From Chiloscyllium plagiosum (taxonomy: Eukaryota): DNA of 40,938 nucleotides. A model generated the notes under the pieces. That model made no database searches, was not told where the DNA came from, and worked only from the letters and a program-made list of their open reading frames with translations. Numbering within the stretch: position 1 is the first letter of the stretch; every line of letters starts with the position of its first letter. Positions 1-12,139 of this stretch are shown here, one piece after another. A program made the translations under genes and the position numbers. The DNA lies in the NCBI RefSeq assembly GCF_004010195.1, contig NW_025215331.1, forward strand, positions 21,755 through 62,692, in the 5' to 3' direction.

Positions 1-410
1 TTCCTGCCACTGTTTCCATCTCATCCCTGGCCAATATCTGCGGCTGAAGCAGACAAGTCACAACTGTGGGTGATCCCTTTGACCATGAGCTGATTCCTGA
101 CACCATACCCTGACCATTTCTACCTTGAAATACTCACCACTCCAGAATATATCTCACTGGTTTGGTCCATCTGCTGTTTGAACCTTGAGCTATGAAATGC
201 AGTCTTCAGAAAGCCAATAATCTGTTGCTGACACTCCCGGCTTCAAACCTGCCGAAGCAAATCTGATTCGAACTCACACCAAACTCCCATCCATCTGTCA
301 TGGCCCGCCGATGTATACTGCTATTGTGTCTGGCAATGCCTTTATTTTGACATTCTCAAAAACTTTATCTCATCTGTCCATGAAACGCCTCTCGTTCTCT
401 CTCTGTCGAT
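1..410 (+). mobile_element. Highly decayed L2-clade LINE fragment (3' part of ORF2)
   Basis: About 270-410 resembles the L2 block encoding TP(V/I)LADLHWLP..QRI.FKIL.L.FKSLHG.AP.YL (ctcacaccaaactcccatcc...gatgtatactg...tttattttgacattctc...ctgtccatg). No open frame. Confidence 0.5.
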
Positions 411-684
411 TCACAAAAAGCCTGCCAGTTGTTCTTATTTAAAATAATGTCCTCCATGTGCGTTCCTTCTCAAACAATGAGTTTCACATTCAGCTACGCC
501 TATCGCGCGCACACACACGCACACTCCCTCAGTTTCTGATGAACATACACACAGCAAATCGTCTCATTGTAGGCAGTAATCTGATGCGAGTATAGTTTGC
601 ATATGATAGTAAAGTTTGCAATACTCTCTCTGCTGGGCAGATAGTGCAGTTTACGGATCAACACACTAGCATGGTCTGCACAGC

Positions 685-930
685 TCTCCATGCTGGGCTG
701 TCATATTGTCCCTGTTTATGTTGTTTGTGGTGTACTGTGAAGCAGATTCAGAACTTGATGTAACAAACCATTCCAGCTGATCTGACAATGTCTTTATTCA
801 ATGTTCTTCTCCATGCTGGGCTGTCATATTGTCCCTGTTTATGTTGTTTGTAGTGTTCTGTGAAGCAGATTCAGAACTTGATGTAACAAACCATTCCAGC
901 TGATCTGACAATGTCTTTATTCAATGTTCT
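685..930. repeat. Direct tandem duplication, 2 x 123 bp
   Basis: tctccatgctggg...ttcaatgttct occurs at 685-807 and 808-930 with 2 substitutions. Confidence 0.95.
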
Positions 931-1934
931 CATTCTTGTCATTTTACTCTCGAAGTTCTCACTTCTCCAGTTAGTCCCACTGCCCTGTCGTTTTCCCCAT
1001 ATTTCCACAACATCTTTTCAGTTAATTAACTGCCTGTTTCTGTCTTTAATGTGAATCTCTCTCTGTCCCTCTGTATGTTTCCCTGGCCTTTGCTTTTACC
1101 TCCCTCGTGTATCGAGTGCTGGCATTGTGAAGCTGAGAAACAGTGAAATGGTGTGTGTCAGGCTGTTGTTCACTTCCCGGTATGTCCCACGTGATGGTCC
1201 AGGAACAGGTGTGTTTCAGAAGTTATGAGAAACATCCTTGTAACTTGGTCTGAATTTGTCCCTCTCAGGTGACCTTGTGATCAATAGCACGAGGAAGCCT
1301 CTAGAGCAAAGGCCCAGGCATCTAAATTGTGTGACAATGCTGTCACTTTAAAAAAAAGTTATTTTCTCCTGTCTTTAAATAAGAAATCTAAAGGCCAAAC
1401 TGTCTACTGAAAACGGCTCAAGTAAATAACTTACGACGCTTTTAGGTTTTTTATTAAATAATAGTAACAACGGCCTAGTAACTTATCTCCAGCTGCTACT
1501 CTCTCTGAAACCTGACTTGATGCTGATTCCTCCTGGATTGGAGAACTGTATGCAAGAATGTATGTCTGAATGTTACTTTTTGCCAAGGGGTGTGTTTATG
1601 GCATGTTAGTATATTGGAACAGTTCATCTGTGGAAGGTACTGTATCCATTATTCGGTTAAGGTTTCAAATAGTTAAATTATTCTAAATTCCTCGTCATTT
1701 TGAATGGATTTTCATTAGTGTTTAAATACATTGTGTTTTACTTAATGGCGAGTAGTTTGACTAGTAGCATCACATTGAACACCCACTTCACATTTACCTT
1801 TAAAATAAGATAAGGTTGACATCCAAGCTACCTTCTTAAACTAGTCTGAGGCAGTCTGGTTGGTCTATAGCAAACTGGGAACTCTTCTTTGGTTCTAACT
1901 CGATAATATCAAATTGAGTTTCGAATTACAATCC

Positions 1935-2210
1935 CTATAGTGTGCGACCAGGCCATTCAACCCAACACGTCCACACCGACCCTCCGAGGAGTAACCTACC
2001 CAGACCCATTCCTTTACCCTATTATTATACATTTACGCCGACTAAGGCACCTGACCCACACATCCCTGAAAACTATGAACAATTTAGCATGGCCAATATC
2101 CCTGAAAACTATGAACAATTTAGCATGGCCAATTGACCTGACATGCACATCTTTGGGTTGTGGGAGGAAACAAGAGAATCCAGAATAAGCTCATGCAGAC
2201 ACTGGAGATT
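1935..2210 (-). mobile_element. HE1/V-SINE-type SINE, head truncated, inside the LTR element leader
   Basis: Reverse complement of the body and tail of the SINE at 21132-21439 (tgtgggaggaaac, tagcatggccaatt, ccacaccgaccctccga). Contains an exact 36-bp tandem duplication at 2062-2133. Confidence 0.85.
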
Positions 2211-2314
2211 ATGCACCGGGAAACTATTGTGTTCAAAGGTCGTGTATGGTAGCTGCTAGCGTCTTTGTTTCCAGATGTTGAATTCGGTTGGTTTAAAGTG
2301 TTTTGTGTATAAAG

Positions 2315-3262
2315 ATTCTTTCAGTCATTAAGAATTTTCTGAGTGTGGAAGAAGTGATGTTGGGGATTTTACAAAAGGTAATGAAGGCAAAGCTGTAGGA
2401 ATTGACAGACAAGCTGGAGTTGGGGTTGCGTTTGTCTGTGAGAAAATGAGAGATAATTACAGCTGTGCATCGGCAATTGCATTTGGTGGAACCACCATCA
2501 GACGCTTTGGAAATGGCTAGAATTCAATTTCAAATGAGTTACTTTGAACATGAGAAGGAATTGAAACAGTTTGAATTATGATGAAAAGCAGAATTAAAAG
2601 AAAATGAAATGAAGAAGAAAGAGAGAAAAGGACAGAAGAAGAGCAGAAAGTTTCAACTTAAAAAGTTAGCAGTTAGAGAGGAAAGCTGACATAGAAGGTG
2701 GAGATGAAGGTCGAAGGTCGGCGGGATGAGGAGGATAGTGAGGTTGAACAACCCTATTGTAACCAATGGCCTAATGGGTTTCTGTTTAACTGCATCCAGG
2801 CATTATCTAAATTTGATGAGAAGGATGGAGAAGCCTTTGGAATTTCATTTGAGAAAGTGGCTAAACAAATGCAGTGCTCAGTGACTATGTGAAGTTAGCT
2901 GATCCAAACAAAGCTGGTAGATATTTGCATCCCTATCGGATGAGGCATTTGGGGAGTATGAGGATGTGAAGAAAGCCATCTGTAGTGCATATGAGCTTGT
3001 GCCAGAAGCTGACAGACAGCGTTTCAGGAATCTAAAAAAGGGTCCCTGGCTAAACGCACATTGAATTTGAAACGATCAAACAAAGTAATTTTGAAAATTA
3101 GGGAAGGGTATTAAAAACAGAGCAAACCTATGACACGCTTAGAGAGATTCTTATTTTGGAGAAGTTCAACAATTCACTTCCTGCAGTCGTGAGAACTCGT
3201 GTGGAAGAGCAGAGAGTAACAATGGCAAGCTTAGAAGCTGAAATGGCTGATGATGATGATTA
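2315..3262 (+). pseudogene. gag: Decayed gag with coiled-coil region and SCAN-like capsid domain
   Basis: Broken frames read LSKFDEKDGEAFGISFEKVAKQM...YEDVKKAICSAYELVPEADRQRFRNL...TYDTLREILILEKFNNSLPAVVRTRVEEQ...EMADD, homologous to ORF 22017-22415. Stops and frameshifts present. Confidence 0.85.
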
Positions 3263-4711
3263 AGTTCAGAAATCAAAGTTTGGTTTCTGTGAGAGATTGA
3301 GAAGAATGTGCGTGATCTTCTTAAAACATATACCTGTGCGAGTAAGGTTTATTGGCATAGGCTAGGAGTAGCAGGTAAAGACGTTAGAGCATTAAGAGGT
3401 ACAGAAGCATGTAATTCTTTTATGCTGAGACATGAGGAGCGACGCCATTCAGAAGGATTATTGGAGAGATGAGAAGTGCTCCATTATGTAACGTGTGATT
3501 GGAGTGTCCAAGGGAAACATCATAAGATTTGGTCCACAATGGAGAAGGAGGCCTGGAGCTTGGTGTTGGCGTTACAACATTTCAGCATTTACATTGCGAA
3601 TAACATACCCGAGACAAATATTTACCACTGATCGTGACCTCCTCAAGTTTTTGGAGAAGTTTAGGGAGAAAAATACCAGTGTTTTTCGATTGAGCTTATT
3701 ATTGCTGCCATTCAGTTTGAAATTATACAGGTGACAGAGCGAGAAAACTTAAGATTTGACACGTTGTGGAGACTTGGATGAAGAAAGACAAGTGCATCCT
3801 GTGGCAGAAGTAAAATGACTGAAATCGAAACTAGTTGTGAACATTTGTATGCTCACAGTCAATGTAATACATATGCATTGCAGTCTGCTAATAGAGGAAG
3901 ATTAGGAGGTCTAAAATGAATCCACATTTGCATATTGATGGATTATTGTATTAAAGATGGAGTTGTGAAAATATTACCACTGTATTTTCTCTTGGGTTTT
4001 TTTAAAGAGAGGTTTTAAAGGCAGAGGTGCAGAACTGCTGTCTGAAAACACTCCAAGTAAATAACTGAGAAAGCCTTTAGGTTTCATTAAAACGGTGATA
4101 ACAAGGGAAGGGCAGTGGCCAGCTCTCCCAGACCAGGGTTTCTCATTTTGTTTTTAGCTGAAGCATTCAGAAGCTGCTGGGGATCCCAAAAGGGTTGGAA
4201 GTTTTATGACAGGATACTTAGCTGCTTTTCTCTGAGATCTCTGTTGATGTTGTTTCCTCCTGGATTGGAAAACTGCTGTAAGGATCTGTATTTGAATACA
4301 TCTTTGTGCCAAGCGGTGTAAACCAAGAAGGTACAGTATCTATTGTTTGTGTAGGTGTTCCAACATATAAGCTATCCCAAAATGTTCTTTTCTTTGATTG
4401 TATGTTAACTAAAGCATTTTAATAGATTATATTTTGCTTAATGTCGAGTTGGTTGACCAGTCACAACATATCTGGAACGCACACTTCACATCTATATTCA
4501 AAATAAGGAAAGGTTGGGTCTAAGGGGCCTTCTTAAAACATTCTGGGGGATCTGGTCTGGTCCACAATACTTGTACCGAGGGGTTTCTGACTGGCTCCTG
4601 TAATTGAAAATTTGGTGGAGGTCTGGGGATGGTATGTTGGAGGTTGTGCTGTGAGCTGCCTCAGACATTGAGGGAGACCTGAGGATTTGGTGACACAACT
4701 ATGCATGGAGC

Positions 4712-5580
4712 ATGGGGACTGTAGTTGCAGCATCTGAGCCTACAACATGAACAACAAATGGAGCAGAGGCTGCAGAGAGGGGAAGCTCTGAAACCACGCA
4801 GTGAGTGTGCGGGGGGAAAGGAATCTGCTGTATCCACATCGGGTTTTCCAGGAACAGCTTCCCAAGCTTCACTTAAGCCAGGAGAAGAGTGTGAGGGGAC
4901 CCTGACTGAGAAATGAGCTGGTCACAGAGCGGTGTCACCTCCTTCAACACGACCTGCACCTTCACATCAGGGGTAGGATAGGCCTGCCAGTGGCTGTTAG
5001 GGTCACTGTTTCATTCAGCTTCTATGATTCAGAACCTTCCAGGCAGGACTAGGTGACATATCCATCATCTCCCAGTATCTCAACATCAATGTCATCATTC
5101 GGTTATGGAGGATATATTTGGTGGATGAGGTAAATAGATTGTTTCTGCCTCAGAAGGGAGCTGCTGGGTGTATCCAGTATCGTGGGATTCCCGATGGTAT
5201 ACATGGCATCTGCAGAGTACTCATGTCAATGGGGAGATGTAGAGGAACTGTAGGAGCTCTCTCTCTATTCGTGTCACAGTGTACCCATGCACAGTACATA
5301 ATGTTGGTGAATACCTACTGTCCTGGCAGCAGTCACGGCCTCTTCATTCAGAAGCAGTCAGCCATTCCCATCGTCATCGGGTCTCCACGTGGAAAGAAAT
5401 GAATATATCTTGGATAAAGGCCGTCCCCTTGATGCACGTTTCAAAACACCATCCCCACCACCAATCAACCACATCAAAGTATTCCATGTGTACGGAGAGC
5501 AATGGGGTCACTTGGAGTGTCTGGGAGCTGACGATCAGGGATGGAGCAAAACCTCCCATGTCTGAACGGATCTGAGTGAA
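4712..5580 (+). pseudogene. PIF/Harbinger (HARBI1-like) DDE transposase remnant
   Basis: Reads ELVTERCHLLQHDL...GLPVAVRVTVSFSFY...FQAGLGDISIISQ and QYIMLVNTYCPGSSHGLFIQKQSAIP, matching the Harbinger motifs LPVAVKVT.AL.F.ASGSFQ...GD..GISQ and A.FPGS.HD..I. Interrupted. Confidence 0.8.
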
Positions 5581-5589
5581 CACCCCCAG

Positions 5590-7150
5590 TACAGAATATC
5601 ATAAAGTCCTGCAATCCCTCTCCATTTCAGTAGCATACTGCCTTCCATTATTCCTGTATATGGAATGACAGGTTATATCATGTTAAATTCCACCTGCCAA
5701 ACTATTATCTATTGTCTTTAACTCTCTGAATCTATTTGCAGACACTCCACCTTCTCTTCATAATTTAATCTCTTGCTTATCACAGCGACATAACAATTAT
5801 TTGAAGAGGTGAAAAGTAGGTTAGGCCAGGGAAACCTAGTGGATGTGGTCTATTGAGACTTCCAAAAGACCTTTGATAAGGTGCCACACGGGAGGCTGCT
5901 GAGTAAGGTGAGGGCCCAGGTGTTCGAGGTGAGCTACTGGCATGAATTGAGAATTGGCTGTCTGACAAAAGGCAGAGAGTTGTCATAGAAGGTTCTTTTT
6001 CAGAATGGCAGCCAGTGACAAGCGGTGTCCCGAAGGGTTCAGTGTTGGGGCATTGATCTGGATGAAGGTACTGGGGCATTCTAGCGAGGTTTGCCAATGA
6101 TACGAAGTTAGGTGGACAAGCAGGTAGTACTGAAGAAGTGGGGAGGCTGTAGAAGGAGCTAGACAGTTTGGGAGAGTTATCCAGGAAATGGCTGATGGAA
6201 TTCAATGTGAGCAAATGCGAGGTCTTGCACTTTGGAAAAAGGAATACAAGCATGGACTACTTTCTAAACGGTGAGAAAATTCATAAAGCCAAAGTACAAA
6301 GGGATCTGGGAGTGCTATGCGAGGATTCTCTAAAGGTATACATGCAGGTTGAGTCCGTGATTAAGAAAGCGAATGCAATGTTGTCATTTATCTCAAGAGG
6401 GTTGGAATATAAAAGCAGCGATGTGCTACTGAGACTTTATAAAGTTCTGGCTCGGCCCCATTTGGAGTACTGTGTCCAGGTTTGGGCCTCACACCTCAGG
6501 AAGGACATACTGGCACTGGAGCAAGTCCAGCGGAGATTCACACAGATGATCCATGGAATGGTAGGTCTAACATACGAGAAACGGCTGAGGATCCTGGTAT
6601 TGTCTTCATTGGAGTTTAGAAGGTTAAGGGGAGATCTAATAGAAACTTACAAGATAATACATGGCTTGGAAAGGATGGACGCTAGGAAATTGTTTCCGTT
6701 AAGCGATGAGACTAGGACCCGTGGGCACAGTCTCAGAATTAGAGGGGGTCAATTCAGAACAGAAATGCCGAGACATTTCTTCAGCCAGAGAGTGATGGGC
6801 CTGTAGAATTCATTGCCATGCAGTGCATTGGAGGCCGGGACGCTAAATGTCTTCAATGCAGAGATTGACAAATTCTTGATGTCACAAGGAATTAAGGGCG
6901 ATGTGGAGAATGCGGGTAAGTGGAGTTGAAAGGCCCACCCGCTATGATTAAATGGCGGAGTGGACTCGATGGGCCGAATTGCCTTACTTCAACTTCTATG
7001 TCTTATGTCCTCATGGTCTTATGGACATCACCAAACTCAGCATCTGTACATCTTTTCCATCCTCCTGATCATTAATATAGACGGGAAATTGTTGAGAACC
7101 CAGCGCTGGTCACTGTGTGACCCTACTGGTAACGTTCTCGCTAACTGATT
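5590..7150 (-). mobile_element. Old CR1 LINE RT fragment split by a younger CR1
   Basis: 5590-5795 and 7025-7150 read as consecutive antisense CR1 RT sequence (ttaaattccacctgcca; gaacccagcgctggtcactgtgtgaccctactggtaac). Confidence 0.6.
5797..7023 (+). mobile_element. 5'-truncated CR1 LINE (RT C-terminal half plus 3' UTR), relatively young
   Basis: DFQKTFDKVPH, SGVPKGSVLG and FANDTKL motifs. ORF 6168-6806 (W.MEFNVSKCEVLHFG...LYKVLARPHLEYCVQVW...RRLRGDLIETYKI). Tail (tcttatg)n. Candidate TSD gacataacaa/gacatcacca. Confidence 0.95.
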
Positions 7151-7379
7151 TATCCTGAGTGCCTGCTCCTGTATGATACCCAGTCCTCCCCCATTCCTGG
7201 GCAACACAGTCGAAGAGTTGAATAAGAACAAGGAGCATCTGGGAGGTATCCAACCCCTCGATGAGGCTGATGTCATCGCGGCCTCTGTTCCGCTTTCCTG
7301 CCATCGCTCCATCCTAAAACTCAAGTCTCTTGTTGTACATTGCGCCACATGAAAAATCTCCACTCCATATCTACACTTT

Positions 7380-8335
7380 CAATTACTTTTAGCATTTTAC
7401 AGACCTCAATGAGATCTCCTTTCATTCTTATAAAGTCGAAAGTATAGGCCTAAACTGCTCAATTTCTCTTCATAAGACAAACACTTAAAATATGGAATCA
7501 ATCTAATTAAGCTCTTCTGAATTGCCTCCAATTACCTCATTCTGCAGGACACCCAAACTGTACTCCAGTTGCAGCCTCACTAATGCCTTGCATAGCTACA
7601 CCAACACTCCCTACCTTTCTACTCTATCCTTTTATAAATAAACACTGAAATTATGCTTGCATTTCTCATTACTTGCAGTACCTGCAGGCAGGTTTTCTGT
7701 GATATGCAAGCAGGCACCCAGATCCCTCTGCACCTAAGCACTTTGAAATTTTTCTCCATTTAGATAATAATTTGTCTTTCTATTACACTGGCCAACTTGA
7801 TTAGCCCCATATTTATTCGCTTTAATTTTCCTTGCTAAATGTGGCCCATTCATCCAACCTATCCATATGTTTTAAAATCTCTTGCATCATCCTTCCGAAG
7901 TAATTTCCCATCGATGTTAGTGTCATCTGAAAATGTGGCATTGTATTTTCTCTCCCGTCAACCGAGTACAGTAATACCATCGATCACAAATGCTTGAGGC
8001 ATGAGTACTGAAATCAATGACACAAACTGCATTTGCCAAAAGAAAATTATTCAATCTGACTACATTTTTTTGGTTAACCAATCCTCCATCCAAGCTAATA
8101 ACTTACTCCTAAACCCATGTTGTCTGATTTTATCGTTTACTCCTTGGAGAAGCGACATATCCAATGCCTTCAGGAAGACCAGATATGTTCCATCTCCAGG
8201 ACCATCTCCACTATCCACCTTGTTTGTGACATCTTCACATAACTCAAGCAAACAATTCAAACACGATTTAGCATTCGTAAAACCATGTTAACTCTGACGA
8301 ATTGTGGTTTGAGTTTGCAAATGTCCTGAACAATG
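7380..8335 (-). mobile_element. Old CR1 LINE RT fragment
   Basis: Minus ORF 8060-8260 (EDVTNKVDSG...YLVFLKALD...KIRQHG..SKLLAWMEDWL) plus a downstream RGDLIEV-like block near 7400-7430. Confidence 0.85.
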
Positions 8336-8479
8336 GACTCTAAAAAATTGCCTTAAATTACAATTGTTTATTGTTACACTTTACTCCCTAATGTATACCA
8401 TTATTACAAGCTCTTCCCTTTTGAAAACCTTCGCGTTTTCTTTGAATTCGTGTTTAATGGGCACAAGGCTTTAAGAGAT

Positions 8480-9175
8480 CTGCTGCAAATGCTGAGTAAG
8501 AGCCACGTGTGGCTGAATGGACTCATCATCCGGCTGGTGTACAATATCGATGGGCTGACGTCTTTCTGGTGTTCCCATGTTGTCGTCTCCAAGGCCAGAA
8601 TGGCCTCCTGCTGTTGATGTGTTAGAGGATTGGGAGATTATGGAATCTTCCTGTTGCTGTGTAACATTTTGAGGGGTTGATGGGTCTTCTCATACTTCTC
8701 CATAACAGGTAGATATACTGAACGGTCTCCTCATGTATCCCGGAGATGGGCTTCTCTTGTTCCCATACAACAGACACGTGTCTAAATTACCTCTTCCTTT
8801 CTCATGAAAGAAGTCTCAGATAGTTTTTATCCTATCCAATTCCCTTGCAATAGGCTCGGTGGGTCTGAATGGCATCCTGTTATCCCAGTGTAACAATCTC
8901 CAGTTACTGTGTGGCCTCTTCCAGTTCCTATGTTACAGACTTGAGGAGGCTGAATGGACTGATCCTGTTGCTGTTTAACAGGATACTGGTGCAGCATGGC
9001 CTACTGTTATAGGCTCGAGTGGCTGATTGGCTCCTTCTGTGAATATATAGGAGTTGAATAGCCTCGTTCTGTTTTGGTGTAACGGGTTCGAAGGCCTGAA
9101 TATCGTCCTGTTGTTCCTGTGTAACAGGTTGGAGAACGGAATGGATTCCTCCACTATCTGCGTAATTCGCTTTAC
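8480..9175 (+). repeat. Degenerate ~42-bp tandem array resembling a CR1 3' terminus
   Basis: Approximate unit GGCTGAATGGCCTCCTCCTGTTCCTGTGTAACAGGCTCGAGG. Anchors at about 8511, 8553, 8595 and 8865, 8949 are spaced by multiples of 42. Confidence 0.75.
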
Positions 9176-9204
9176 CTGTTGACTCCTTCGGTCATCTATG
9201 TTCA

Positions 9205-9420
9205 AATAAGATCATCTTTAATTTTTCTAAACTCCAATGACTACTGGGTCAACCTGATCATCCTTTCGTTATAAGCGAGCACCTTCATTGCAGGAATCAG
9301 TTGAGGGAATCATCTCTGAGCTGCTTCCAATATAACAACATCCTCTCTTCATTGAAGAGATTAAATCTGTACACACTACTCCAGATGTGATCTCTCTGTA
9401 CAGCAGCAGCAACACTTTAC
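9205..9420 (-). mobile_element. CR1 LINE ORF2 C-terminal fragment
   Basis: Antisense copy of the HLEYCVQ.W...DV..LE.VQRRF.RLIPGM region (ctgtacacactactccagatgtg; ttctaaactccaatga). Confidence 0.7.
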
Positions 9421-9922
9421 CAGCCTGCTGTAAAGTTCCCACCCAGGTTAGAGCTGTCTCAGCTCTCTGGGGGAATACATAGCATTTTCGGAAGATCATT
9501 GTCCTTCTCTACTCCACCAGCATAACGGGAGATCTGGGGAAGTTAAAGTTGGAGAAGATCATAAATGATGTGAGAGATGTCTACCATTAATCTCCCCAGA
9601 GCCCACGTCGCTCAGACTCCACAGAATCTAGTAGGGTGGAGCGCAAAAACAGCAAGAAGATGCAAACATTGATGGGAGTCATATATTTAAGTGAAAGCTG
9701 CAATACAAATGCTGGACATGTTATAAAACAAGAAATGAGATATACATGTTTATGAGTACTTCAGTAATAATAGACTGTTTAAATTATATCTAAACTGTAT
9801 TAAGCCAATAGAATGCTCATGCTGGGAAAAATGGATTTCATGACCACGTGTGAGATGGTTTACATTAACATTACGTCGAGCACTGAGCTCGAGATCAGGT
9901 TATTTAGGAACTGGTGTTCAGT

Positions 9923-10320
9923 GATCAGAAGAGCTAATTGAAAATTTTGCTGGGAATAGTGAGCACAATGTATTGGTTTTCTTTTATGCTATTTGAGTAC
10001 ACGGCAATTTTTTGTTTTATTTGCAGTAACCGTTATAAATCTGAGTCATGCAAGCCATGAAGGTGTGAGGAGAAAGTGTGGACTAGAGATGCTGGAGATC
10101 AGTGTCGAAGAGTGGATCAGAAGAGCTAATTGAAAATTTTGCTGGAAAGGACCTTTTGGGAATAGTGAGCACAATGTATTGGTTTTCTTTTATGCTGTTT
10201 GAGTACACGGCAGTTTTTTGTTTTATTTGCAGTAACCGTTATAAATCTGAGTCATGCAAGCCATGAAGGTGTGAGGAGAAAGTGTGGACTAGAGATGCTG
10301 GAGATCAGTGTCGAAGAGTG
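9923..10320. repeat. Direct tandem duplication (192 bp + 206 bp)
   Basis: gatcagaagagc...gaagagtg at 9923-10114 and 10115-10320. The copies differ by a 14-bp indel and 2 substitutions. Confidence 0.95.
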
Positions 10321-10970
10321 TGGTGCTGTAAAAGCACAGTCAGGCAGCATACTAAGAGTAGATAAATCGATGTTTCGGGCATGAGCCCTTCATCAGGAAC
10401 TAAGCTTCTAGGCCAAGGGGCTGAGAGAAAAATGGGAAGGGGGTGCGGCAGGAGGGAGGTAGCTGGGATTGCGATAGGTAGATGAAGATGGGGTTGAAAG
10501 TGATAGGTGACGAAGAGAGGCAGAACGCCTCATCTACTGCATCCATTAAACCCAATGTGGTTTTCTCTAAATTGGCGACGCAGGAGGTCAACTTGTGATC
10601 ATTTCAAAAAACATCTCTGGGACAACCACATTGAACAACTCCATCACCTTGTGCCTGAGCACTTTAACTCCCCTTCCCACTCTGCCAAGGACATGACGGC
10701 CCGAGTCATGATCCATCACCAATCCCGAGCCAGCAGAAGCCTGGAGGAAGAAAGCCTCCTTTTCTGCCTTGGGATATTCCAACAACAGGGGTTCATAGTG
10801 GATTTCCCCATTTCCTTATTTCCCCTAATCCCACCTTATCCTACTCCAAACTTCCAAGTCAGCACCGCTCTTTTGAACGTTCCTTTGTGTCCACCTTCCT
10901 CCCTATCAATCTGGTCTACCCTCCTCCCTCTCCGACTATCACTTTCAACCCCACCTTCAACTACCTATTA
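10275..10970 (+). mobile_element. Penelope-like retroelement: inverted pseudo-LTR followed by GIY-YIG endonuclease 3' part
   Basis: LIYCIH*TQCG..*IG and DHFKKHLWD...HFNSPSHSAKDM...RSLEEESLLFCLGIFQQQGFIVDF. Antisense pLTR at 10275-10510 with hammerhead core at 10365-10398. Confidence 0.9.
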
Positions 10971-12139
10971 GATGAAAGGAGGCAGCTTAGAAAACTGCCA
11001 AGTGTTGCAGTAAGCCAGTGGATTCAGAGAAATGTAGGACCCAGCAAAGGATGATCAAGAAACTGAGAAGAAAATCAAAAAGAGAAAAAGCGTGCAAACG
11101 AAAGAAAAACATAAAGACTTCTAAAAAGCGTCTATCAATGTATGAAAAAAAATAACAACACGGTCAAATGTGGAACAGTTGGTGTGCGTTCAGGATAATT
11201 TATTACAGAATACAAAGAAATCGCAGGGAAAAGAAACAGTTTCTTTGTGTCTATCTTTATGGAAGAATGTCCAGAAATTCTCCCAGAAATACCAAGTGAC
11301 CATGGGACTTGTGTAAGTAAAGACTTATCAATGTTGAGGTCATCTTTGAAAAGAAAGCTGGGTTGAGTATTTATAAATCGGACAGACTAGATGCACATCA
11401 TACAAGAATTCCAGAGGAAGCAGCAATAGACGTGTTGATTGCATCGCGGATTTTCACTTTATTTTCCGACACATTCACGAAAGGAATTTAGCCAATCTGG
11501 ATAAGGCAAAGGTTATAAATGTTATCCAACAGTTTACGAAAGGATGAATTTGGAGAGTGGTGAACTACAGACCAGTTATCTTGTCATCCGCAGTCAGGTA
11601 TCTGTTGGACTCAATCACAAAGAACATGCTACTAGATATTTAGAAGGTAATAACATAACTGGGGAGTGTGAGAATATACCGATGAAAGGAAAACCAGAAG
11701 TGGCAAACATATTTTTGGAATGGTTTGAAGATGATTCTTGTGGACATAGGCAATGATGAACCATTGGATCACGTATAGTTGGATATTCGTGAGCTTTTTT
11801 TAAAGAACTCACACAGCAAGTTCATAAGAAAAATTAAAGCGGGAGGTATTGGGAATAATATATGCAAATGGGAAAGTACAAATTCATGTGAATGTAAATG
11901 GAAGATAGAAGATGTCGTGCACCAGTTGCATCGAGCGTTGGTGAGACTAAACGAAGAATATTGTGTATTGATCGGAGTCCCAATCTAAGAAAGAATATAT
12001 TGACTACAGAGGAACTTTAAAAGCTATTATTCAGATTAATCCGTAAAATGGCAAGATTGTCTGATGGGGAACCTCAGCCTGTAATCTCGAGTTTCAAAAC
12101 ATGAGAGTAGATTGTCGTGAATCTTAGAAACATCGAAAG

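Larger units (their letters stand above)
1330..4569 (+). mobile_element. Internally deleted Gypsy (Gmr1-like) LTR retrotransposon with two LTRs
   Basis: 5' LTR 1330-1872 (TGTGAC...TAGCA) and 3' LTR about 3964-4569 share colinear blocks (aagtaaataact, cctcctggattgga, tgccaag, cacttcacat, aaaataag, ccttcttaaa, tctggt..ggtc). Degenerate PBS follows the 5' LTR (ctgggaactcttc). Gag and a protease remnant lie inside. Flanks attg/cttg match 3/4 as a TSD. Confidence 0.85.
9810..12130 (+). mobile_element. Old CR1 LINE with deletions (endonuclease end through RT), interrupted by a Penelope element
   Basis: The LGNSEHNV (SDH-motif) region is at about 10150-10180. Further blocks: GELQTSYL (NYRP-like) at 11560 and LHRALVRLNEEYCV at 11927. 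Confidence 0.7.

Noticed and set aside
1250..1329. Possible splice acceptor (tttgtccctctcag) with nearby ETS/E-box-like motifs at 1172-1194
   Set aside because: Short motifs are expected by chance, and there is no recognisable peptide or downstream donor.
4712..5580. Host HARBI1 gene
   Set aside because: Multiple frameshifts and stops and a degenerate catalytic motif (SHG for SHD) indicate a dead transposon copy.
6168..6806. Longest gap-free ORF (212 aa) as a host gene
   Set aside because: It is the C-terminus of CR1 ORF2. The upstream RT has stops and a deletion, and a CR1 3' UTR and tail follow.
9500..9600. Possible terminal exon (ITGDLGKLKLEKIINDVRDVYH*) after a pyrimidine tract and CAG
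   Set aside because: Too short, no recognisable homology and no partner exons.
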